Assembly: GCA_964016885.1 (NCBI GenBank)
Contig: OZ024743.1
Coordinates: 250,852,001 to 250,916,000, forward strand
Direction: 5' to 3'
DNA length: 64,000 nucleotides
DNA from: Eledone cirrhosa
Lineage: Eukaryota
The notes beneath the pieces are model-generated. The model saw only the letters and a list, made by a program, of their open reading frames with translations. It did no database searches and had not been told where the DNA came from. Numbering within the stretch: position 1 is the stretch's first letter; every line of letters starts with the position of its first letter. Position numbers and translations under genes: made by a program. Below, piece after piece: positions 53,628 through 64,000 of this stretch.

Positions 53628-54006
53628 CCACCATCAGCAGCAACAAAAACAACAATAAAAGAACAGCATCAACATCATGATCATCCTTATCATTATCATC
53701 CCCATCATCAAAAACAACATCATCATCATCATCATCATCACTATCATGATCATGATCATGATGATGATGATCATCATCATCATTATCATCATTATTATTA
53801 TCATCATCATCATCACCAACAGCAACATAAAAAACAGCATCATCATCATCATCATCATCATCATTATCATCCTCATTATCATGATTATCATCATCAGTAG
53901 CAGCAGCAACAACAACAATAAACACAGCAATGGCAACAACAACAACAGCAACAGCAGCTGCAAAAACAACAGCAACAACTACTACTGATACTACCACCAC
54001 CACTAT

Positions 54007-54044
<38 letters not shown>

Positions 54045-54225
54045 ACACAGTAGCAGCAGCAGCAGCAACCATCACCATCACCACCACCACTACTACTACT
54101 ACCACTGTAGTAGCACCTGCAACCACCACCACCATCACTACTACTACTACAGCAGCAGCAGCAACAACATACTACAACAACAACTACTATTACTAATGCT
54201 ATAAACTACAACAACAATAACAAGA
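53570..54225. repeat. Mixed (CAT/CAA/CAG/TAC)n trinucleotide tract
   Basis: Visible directly. Confidence 0.9.
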
Positions 54226-54771
54226 AGATCAAAATATAATAGAGAGGGAAGTCCCAAGAGATAAGAAATATGGTATATCAAAGGTTCAAGGTGTTTTTGC
54301 TGTTCTGAAATGATTTGATTGGTTACCTATGATGGCCATGCAATCATTTAGTGGAGCATAACTAAAGGGACTGAAACTACACCCCACCAATATCATGCTA
54401 CCACACTACCACTATCACCACTACAATAGCAACATTAACAACAACAGCAATAGACATGAGTGACAAAACTTAAGTAAATGTATCAATATACAACCATGGT
54501 AAAATAAATTCTCTTTGAGAAAAAATAAAAAGAACTCCAAACTCAGCACAATGCTCCCTACAGTGAAGAGTTCCAGCATCAAGAGTAAATAATTCTCTCA
54601 ATCACTGGATTGTGAAACATAGATGACTGAATTAAAGTATTTGAGCCTTTGCTTTATATTGGTTTGTGGCTTAATGGTGTTTGGATACTCTGACTAAATA
54701 ATTTTTCATTAAACAATAAGAAAAATTAAGACAAAATAAATAAAATAAAAATACAAAAGGAATACACAATT

Positions 54772-55094
54772 TTTTACGTCTGCTTTTTCCCTGCTGGCAA
54801 GGGTGGGACGAGAACTGATTCTGGCTTGATTTCTACAGCTGGATGCCCTTCCTAACACCAACCACATTTACAGTGAGTGCTGGGTGCTTTTTTGGCGTAG
54901 CACCTCCACGACCACTTTGCAGTGGAATGATAGGGACCCCAGTCCCTATCATCTCATTTCTACAGCTGAGTAAACTGGAGCAATGTGAAATAAAGTGTCT
55001 TGCTCAAGGAAACAACACATCACCCGGTCTGAGAATTGAACTCACAACCTTTCGATTGCAAGGCCAATGCTCTAACCACTAAGCCATGTGCCTC
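54772..55094 (-). mobile_element. Full-length composite SINE (tRNA head, CORE-like domain, RTE 5'-UTR module, RTE 3' tail)
   Basis: A and B boxes; 5'-clipped near-identical copies at 57488-57798 and 60511-60800. Confidence 0.88.
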
Positions 55095-55157
55095 AATATT
55101 ATATATTTATTTAATTAGATCTAATTTTACATAATGTATATTATTAGACACCAACTA

Positions 55158-55433
55158 CAGAGGTGGTGAAACTGGGGGGAGGGGCCAGGTGGGCCATGCC
55201 CCCCCCCCCCCCCCCCCCCCGCCCCGAAAAAAATATTTTCTTCCAAAATTACCAAAACACAACACACTATTTATATATGCGCAACAATTTATGTACATGT
55301 TATGCTTATCGCATATCGAAGTTTTCTTTATATCTTGGTTGATATTTGATAATAACAGCTAAACTAATCACTACAACTAAATTGACTAAATTTGCACTAC
55401 CACCCCAATTCAGAAATGCTTCCACCACCCCTG
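55158..55433. mobile_element. hAT-like MITE remnant
   Basis: Ends CAGAGGTGGTG / CACCACCCCTG with GC-rich subterminal hairpin; no TSD visible. Confidence 0.5.
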
Positions 55434-55555
55434 AAATATTACTGAAGATCACAAACTTAAAACTTCACACAATTATATATATATATATATATATATATAA
55501 ATATCAATGATATTAATAAATGGAAACTATATTTATAAAACCATATTTATTCTAT

Positions 55556-55587
<32 letters not shown>

Positions 55588-56075
55588 AATTGACAGTGTT
55601 TTATGCATTTACAAATGGGTGGCAGGTATAATTCCATACATTTGAAAATCGATAAGTCTGATGGGCTATTGGTTCCAAGCCTCAACCGTGACAAATCATA
55701 CCTTGAGCTGATTGATTGCGAAATGCACGGCACATGTGAATAAAATATGTACATGATGCTAAATTGATACTTTGTTCCTGTTTACACACACACACACACA
55801 CACACACGCATAGTATAAGTGATTCGGCAACTTACTGGTGATGGTACGAATGTAAGCATTTGAAGCAGAGTGTATATATTAATAAAAAAGGATGACGTTT
55901 CATTTACATTTTATTGATTATTGATGTTTTTACGTTCCACAGATGGTTGGTTCAGGGTCCCCTATGAAGCTATATATATGTATATACAAAAATATAAATA
56001 AATAGAAGCAAAAAAGCAAATGACATTATAATGAAGAAATATATTACTTTAACAGTTGAGAGAGTAGGAAAAGAT

Positions 56076-56112
56076 TCTTAACGTTTCAGATGCTAGTCCT
56101 TCATCAGTAGAC
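56076..56112 (-). ncRNA. Degenerate minimal hammerhead
   Basis: GUCUA-CUGAUGA-A-GGA(CUAGCA)UCU-GAAACGUU-AAGA; palindromic AACGUU, weak stem I. Confidence 0.5.
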
Positions 56113-56444
56113 AGAACAAAAAAAAAAGAAGAAAAATAGAAAGATAGAGTGAGAAGAGGAAGGAACAAAAACATTATTTTGAGTAAATGTACATGTGTAT
56201 TCAGTCAGTCATTTTGGAGAAATGGTGGCCATATATGTTGCATGTTGTCAGTTTCAATGAAAGGTTTGTCAGTTGTTTGAACAACTGAACTGCCTGCTCA
56301 AGATATTAATCTGCATATGCATGAGCATTTCTTTGTTACATGTAACCTTCACATTGGTCTCGGAGAGATTCAGCATGACATGAAGCGTGATGATGCTGGT
56401 GCATTGAATTATAAGTACAACTCATTTTTGCCAGCTGGTAGAAC

Positions 56445-56872
56445 TCATCATCATCATCACCGTTTTACGTCCGTTCTTCCACGCTATGGGTTAGACGGGT
56501 TGTCCTGTTGTGGGCAGTGTCTGGTCGGCTGACCATGCCTTGCTCATACAGGAACTGATTTGGCTTGATTTCTACAGCTGGATGCCCTTCCTAACACCAA
56601 CCTCATTTACAGTGAGTGGTGGGTGCTTTTTCGTGGCACCTACACGTCCACTTTACAGTGTGGGCTGGGTGCTTTTTTGCCGTGGCACCTCCACGACCAC
56701 CTTGCGGTGGGGGGTGTGGGGCATATTGTCTATATGCTTCAGCTTGTACCCATGGGAGGTCGGGTACTCTGTATTACTGCGTGACGCCAGAAGTCACGGT
56801 CGTGTGTCATTGTCTTTGAGAGGTGTAATTGGGTAAGGTCGGCTTTTATCACCTCATCCCAGGTCATCTTGG
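56445..56872 (-). mobile_element. RTE LINE 3' fragment
   Basis: Inverse of about 21530-21965. Confidence 0.88.
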
Positions 56873-57149
56873 ATTAATCTATATGTATATATATTCTAAG
56901 GCGGGTAAAATTCCCAAGATCCATGGACGAGTTCTCTCCAGCGGTCTCTGTCCCTCATTATCGCTGCTCAAAAGTGACACAGAGGAGACTGAGGTTAGCT
57001 GGACATGCTCACCGACATCCAGAGTTGACATTGCACTCAGTGCTCCTGTGGGAGCCCCTACATGGACACACTAGAAGAGGATGACCAAGGTTAACGTATG
57101 TTGATGCGCTAAGGACAGACACTGTTCTGTTGGAAATGCAGGACATATA

Positions 57150-57205
<56 letters not shown>

Positions 57206-57207
57206 CA

Positions 57208-57268
<61 letters not shown>

Positions 57269-57794
57269 CTGATCAATTTTTAAGTCTCTCATAGGTTTAT
57301 TCTCTTGATAATTGGTTTTTAAACCCAAAAATATTTGGATCGTTAAATTCGCTAAGGTAAGATTTTTTTGTTATCTTGGCAATTTAACATTCTTCATATG
57401 CATTGCTTTGATGTTCAAAATTTAAATTTATGTTTCCTATTCAACAATGCTTCAAGCAAGCTAAAAAAACTCTGTTATATATATATCGTCATCATCATCA
57501 TCATTTTACGTCCGCTTTTCCCTGCTTCCAAGGGTGGGACGGGAACTGATTCTGGGTTGATTTCTAAAGCTGGATGCCCTTCCTAACACCAACATAATTT
57601 AGAGTGAGTGGTGGGTGCTTTTTTGCCGTGGCACCTCCATGACCACTTTGCAGTGGAATGATATGGAACCCAGTCCCTTTCATCTCATTTCTACAGCTGA
57701 GTAAACTGGAGCAATGTGAAATAAAGTGTCTTGCTCAAGGAAACAACACATCACCCGGTCTGAGAATTGAACTCACAACCTTTCGATTGCAAGC

Positions 57795-57839
<45 letters not shown>

Positions 57840-57844
<5 letters not shown>

Positions 57845-60179
57845 TAACAGGTTAAACAAAGAATCGCTGCTTTCACCCTTAACGGAATCTTCTGTAACTA
57901 ACAAAGTCAATCTGTAAACGCAGAAGTGAATATTTCAAAAAACGTTGCAACTGGAGGAAGACAGGAAGACAATACTTTGGTTCGTGGAAACGTTCCCTGG
58001 CAAAGAACGGGAAAAATCGAATATAATACGTCATTATTTGGAGCGGTGAAAAACAATTACACGCAAAGTCAAAACCACGTTTATGGTATAAAAGAAGTCG
58101 TAGACTAATATTCTATTAGGTGGTTGATAGAGACGTTCTCTGGCAATGAACTGAAAAAACGAAGATAATACGTCATATGTGGAGCAGGGAGAACAATTGC
58201 ATGCAAAGACAAAAACACGTAAATGGTATAACTGAAGTCGTAGACTAAAATTCTAACTAGGAAACCGAATGATTCTCGGCTTCAGAGTTAACAATAAAGT
58301 AAATAAAATACAGAGGTAATTGAAATTAAATAAATACATACACGCATCCATATACGTACATAGACAAACATACGCGAAAATACTCGCCATAGGTATACAA
58401 ATACACGAATGTACACAAAAAACAAAAAACAAAAAAACCTGCACGCACATACATAACCCACGCAACGCCTGTACCCGCGCGCATACGAATGTATACACCA
58501 AATACACATAAAAATATATATTAAAAAAATATATATATATGCGTGTGTATGTGCGTGTACACATATAATTAAATAAACGTATATAAAAAAATAAATACGT
58601 ATATAACAAGCGCACACACATACCTACATGTCAATACACATATGTTCGGAGACGAACGTCAACCAAAACACGAAGTACACATATACACACACCCTACGAA
58701 CTCGCATACTCACACAGACGCAAAACTCACGTATGCACATAACCAAAAGCATATGTACCAGAATAAATAATATAAACGCCATAACATATACAATCAAATA
58801 TACGTACGAGAATATATACGTACCTTCACAAAACATACAGGTAATATATACTTACCTATACAAATAAGTAATGGTATAAACATAACATATACTTAGCTAC
58901 CACATCAAGACGTAAAATATCCGCGTATAGTTCGTACTATCCGTTAGGATATAATGTGGGGCTGTAATACAGGAAAGTTTTGTGCAATTTATGTTTACAA
59001 GTCCAAATTGCCTCAGATTTTTTGTTTAAGATGTGGTCTTTGGCGTAGAGTAATCCCAGGTCACATGGTCTTTTATTTCCTAGCCCTAACTAGGATCTCC
59101 CAGTGTAACTTATATTGGGTGTGGTTGTCTTTTAAACTCCAGATATAAGCTGAAAGTGACATCATATTCCTTCTTAAAGGGTAACGAAAAGAATGGGTAT
59201 GCATGTAAAGACGCTGCTTGAATCTATTGGCGGTTAACCCTATGTAGGCCCTACGAGACGTGGGTGTTTCAACCTTACATTTGTAGACAATGTTACTAGA
59301 GAGGCATTTCCCGGATAGGGGGCTGTCAACTCGGTTCCTAAAATTACAGTTAGTACTAACTACAGGGTTGCACGTGTTCCTACGGCTAGGTAGTTTAGCT
59401 AAATTTGAAGCTGTGATGTTATGTGCAAGGTTAGGAGTCGTAGAGTAAGAAATTTTAATAGTATTTCTATTAAAAATTTTACTATATTTATGTGTAGGGG
59501 GAAAATGCTTCATAATAAGGGAGAGAAAGATCTTAGCTAATGGTGTGGCCACCTCTATATTATATGGTGGGTTATACCATATAATGCGTCGGGATCTATT
59601 TCTTCTAGGTCTATTCTCGTACTCTGTATATGCTACCTTATCGTAAAATCCGCTCCGAGCAAGAGCTTCATTGTAATATGTGGAATGGTCGTTGAAAATA
59701 TACTCGTTAGCAGATAGACGGGAATGCCTCAAAGAAACGTTTCTCACCAGTTCCTTGGTTATGCTGGCAGGATGGTTAGAATGCTTACTTATGTAATTAA
59801 GCGTACCACCTAATAGAATATTAGTCTACGACTTCTTTTATACCACAAACGTGGTTTTGTCTTCGCGTGTAATTGTTTTTCACCGCTCCAAATAATGACG
59901 TATTATATTCGTTTTTTCCAGTTCTTTACCATGGAACGTTTCCACGAACCAAAGTATCGCCTTCCTGTCTTCCTCCGGTTGCAACATTTTTTGAAATATT
60001 CACTTCTGCGTTCACAGATTGACTTTGTTAGTTTCAGAAGATCCCGTTAAGGGTGAAAGCAGCGATTCTTTGCTTGAACTTTAATCTGTTATTTTAATAA
60101 ATATTTGCTCTACGGTTCTTATATATTTATCCTTATGGAGCGCTCTTTGGATTTTAGTCTTCAACAAATTTATTATTAT

Positions 60180-60185
<6 letters not shown>
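57840..60185 (-). mobile_element. Penelope-like family A, longest copy, with inverted terminal repeat
   Basis: Body 57840-59805 on the minus strand; 59805-60185 is an inverted copy of the terminus; variant hammerheads at 57850-57915 (-) and 60014-60089 (+); (TA)n on both flanks. Confidence 0.92.
59073..59747 (-). pseudogene. Penelope ORF fragment: thumb/linker plus GIY-YIG endonuclease
   Basis: WYNPPY..KHFP..KIFNRNTIKISYS..GKCLSSNIVYKC..YIGLT..FKQR..H..SF. Confidence 0.92.
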
Positions 60186-60230
<45 letters not shown>

Positions 60231-60426
60231 CTAATAGTTTTATGTACGTTTCTTTCGAATACAGAAGGAAGTAACATTTTATTCCACTCTATTGAATCCT
60301 TCAGAATCATTAAATAATACAAAAAGATAATTATTCACCAACCACATGTCCAAATATATCCAAATTCGAAAATTTACCTTATATATATTTACCACAGACT
60401 CACTACACATACACACTTACATACAT

Positions 60427-60475
<49 letters not shown>

Positions 60476-60991
60476 TATCATTTCATTTCATTCCATTTCA
60501 TTTCATTTCATTTTACGTCCGCTTATTCCCTGCTTCCAAGGGTGGGACGGGAACTGATTCTGGCTTGATTTCTACAGCTGGACGCCCTTCCTAACACCAA
60601 CCTCATTTACAGTGAGTGCTGGGTGCTTTTTTGCCGTGGCACCTCCACGACCACTTTGCAGTGGAATGTTAAGGACCCATGTCCCTTTCATCTCATTTCT
60701 ACAGCTGAGTAAACTGGAGCAATGTGAAATAAAGTATCTTGCTCAAGGAAACAACACATCACCCGGTCTGAAAATTGAACTCACAACCTTTTGATTGCAA
60801 GTTTAATTCTACATATAAACACACAGGCGCACACACACATATATATCTATACACACACATATATATAAATAGGGAAAGTGGACGATAAAATGATGATGAT
60901 ATATATCTAGGCTTATAATATAAAACTGTGTTTGCTTGTATGTGTGTTTGTGCATGTGTATCAATGTGTATGCATGTATTTGTGTGTGAGT

Positions 60992-61023
<32 letters not shown>

Positions 61024-61033
61024 TTGTGTGTGA

Positions 61034-61082
<49 letters not shown>

Positions 61083-61323
61083 CATGTGTGCGAGTGTTTG
61101 TCCGTGTGTGCGCGTGTGTGTGTGTGTATATGTATGCATGTGCGTGTTTCTCTATGCATGTTTGCAAAACTATATCAGCAATCTAGCAAAATTCAGTGGA
61201 GTCACTTCCCAATTAAATTAGTCAGAATGTCTCACTGAAGCTGCAATGATATAAATAAATAATGCATATTTTTACTCACTGAACCGTGAACAATTATTCT
61301 CTTTTGTCCTCTTCCACCTATCT

Positions 61324-61354
<31 letters not shown>

Positions 61355-61401
<47 letters not shown>

Positions 61402-61466
61402 GAGGGAGTGTGTGTGTGTCAGAAGAGAGGAAAGAGAGTGTGTGTGTCACGGAGAGAGAGAGAGAG

Positions 61467-61502
<36 letters not shown>

Positions 61503-61754
61503 AAAAGAGAGGAAAGAGAGTGTGTGTGTCACGGAGAGAGAGAGAGAGAGTGTGTGTGTGTGTGTGTGTCAAAAGGGAGGAAAGAGATTGTGAGTGTCAG
61601 GGAGAAGGAGAGAGACAGGGGAGTGTGTGTGTGTGTGTGTGTCAGAAGAGAGGAAAGAGAGTGTGTGTGTCATGGAGAGAGAGAGGGGGGGAGTGTGAGG
61701 GTGTATCAGAAGGGGGGAGTGTTTGTGTCAGGGAGAGAGAGAAAGAGAGTGTGT

Positions 61755-61790
<36 letters not shown>
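61355..61790. repeat. Compound (GA)n/(GT)n minisatellite with core GTCAGAAGAGAGGAAAGAGAG
   Basis: Several visible units. Confidence 0.8.
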
Positions 61791-62276
61791 AGCCTATTAC
61801 TCTGTTTACCTATCACTCATCCCTGTTTGCTGCGGATACATACAGTAAGAGAGAGAGAGTGGAGAGAGAGAGAAGGAGATGGGGAAAGGGAACGAGGGAG
61901 TGAGCAAGTAAGGTAAAAACAGGGAGGAAGGGAGGAAAACAGGGAAGGAAAAAAGAAACAAAGAAGATGGGACAGAGAGAGGAAGAGTCAAAGACAGACA
62001 GGAACAAAGAGGGAGAGATAGAAGCTATTACTCTCTCTACTACTCATCTCTATTACTCCTAAATATTTCCCTTTCTTCTTTACACCCCTACCCTTTGTGT
62101 CTTGGTCACTGTCTTTCTCTCTTTCTACCTTTTTCTCTGTCCCCGCTCTCTTTACCTCCCCTCCTCCAGCCTACCAAAAATTTGTGCAATGAAGAACAAC
62201 TAATATCCAACTAGCATGCAAATGGGTGTCTTTGAAGAATTCTTATATATCCAAACTTAATAGAATCAATATATAA

Positions 62277-62308
<32 letters not shown>

Positions 62309-62309
62309 T

Positions 62310-62381
<72 letters not shown>

Positions 62382-62404
62382 ATATTATATATATATATAT
62401 ATGT

Positions 62405-62444
<40 letters not shown>

Positions 62445-62582
62445 ATATATATTATATATAAGTATATATATATATGTATTATATATAAGTATATGTATAT
62501 ATATTATATATATGTATATATATATATATTATATATATGTATATATATATATATATATTATATATATATATTATATATATAT

Positions 62583-62614
<32 letters not shown>

Positions 62615-62736
62615 CATATATATATATATGTATATATATATATTTATATATTTATATATATATATATATATATATATTATATTATATATGTATATATATA
62701 TATATTTATATATATATATATTATATATATATATTA

Positions 62737-62768
<32 letters not shown>

Positions 62769-62802
62769 CATATATATATATATGTATATATATATATTTA
62801 TA

Positions 62803-62840
<38 letters not shown>

Positions 62841-63002
62841 TATATATGTATATATATATATATTTATATATAAATATATATATCTATATATATATGTTAA
62901 ATTATATATATATAGATATATATGCATATCTATATATATATATTATATTATATATGTATATATATATTATATTATATATGTATATATATATATATATATA
63001 TA

Positions 63003-63054
<52 letters not shown>

Positions 63055-64000
63055 TATCCAGTCTTAATAAAATCATCATACATAGGGATTTCAGTTTTTT
63101 CCTTCGTTGGTAAATTCATTGCCATATACCTCCTGCTTTGGTATATCTTTTGTTTTTGTGCGTGCATGTATGTGTACGTGGCATGTAAGAGTGTGTAGTT
63201 GTGTATGGTTGTATGTGTGTGTATGCTTGTTTGTAGCTGTGCGTGTATGTCAGTGTGTAGCTGTGTGGGTATAGTTGTATGTGTGTGTGCACGCGTGCGT
63301 ATATGGGGGTGTGTGTGACAGAGAGAGAGAGAGAGAGAGAGGGGGGTGGAGAGAGATAATATAGGGTGTCAGCTTCCAAGCAGAAAGGTCGAAACAATAT
63401 ATTACTGTATTGTGAGCACTGAAGTATATCTGAAACAAACACTGGAAACACATAAGCTTGCCCACTGAACTATACATGGCTAAACATAAGGCTGTATGTT
63501 GATATAGGGTTCAATAATGTGTAATATTTGTTTTGAATCGCTCTGTTCTGAGTTCAAATCCTAGCTTAACTTTGCCTTTCATTCTTTCATTTTTTTCAAT
63601 AGCTATTTAACCCATTTGATATCAAACTGCCTAAAACTGACCTGGTTTTATGATTAAAAACTGACCATTTAAAAATGTTTATAAGTACAACATATTATGC
63701 AAAATATCGAAGCACACAAAACTCCATTCTATTATTGATTGGGGGCTCAAGTCATTTAATCAAGAGGGTCTCTTTGATTCTTAGGGTACCTATACGAATT
63801 GAGACTTCACCTCCATTAATTATAGAATAGAAAGGAACTAGGCACAGTGGCTGATATAGCGTGATCAATCCTACATATACATGCATATCTACATGCACAC
63901 ACGTGCTTACACACATGTTCTCACATGCATACACACACTCTTACATATACACACAAATATATGTCATTGCATTTACATACATACACATTTATTTACTCAC

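Noticed and set aside
53437-54196. Mucin-like or acidic ORFs
   Set aside because: Mixed trinucleotide repeats; no independent coding evidence

Overview
Eukaryotic, AT-rich, repeat-saturated genomic DNA. The SINE/LINE/microsatellite mix resembles an octopus or other coleoid cephalopod, which is an inference from sequence style only. No intact host gene is visible, only two weak minus-strand exon candidates, and most ORFs in the track are microsatellite artefacts. Recognisable content: a decayed DD37D (maT) Tc1/mariner transposon, two R4-type restriction-like-endonuclease LINEs, a near full-length RTE LINE plus many fragments and partner SINEs, a Tx1/L1-type tail, two Penelope-like (GIY-YIG) families with inverted terminal repeats, MITEs and mini/microsatellites. 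The main hidden signal is about 20 hammerhead-ribozyme-like motifs, folded by eye. They sit in Penelope tails and in short, often palindromic non-coding elements, mostly inserted in (TA)n tracts. One family has a conserved non-canonical core (CAGANGA instead of CUGANGA) and another has a greatly extended stem II. No database search or folding software was run, and repeat boundaries are approximate.
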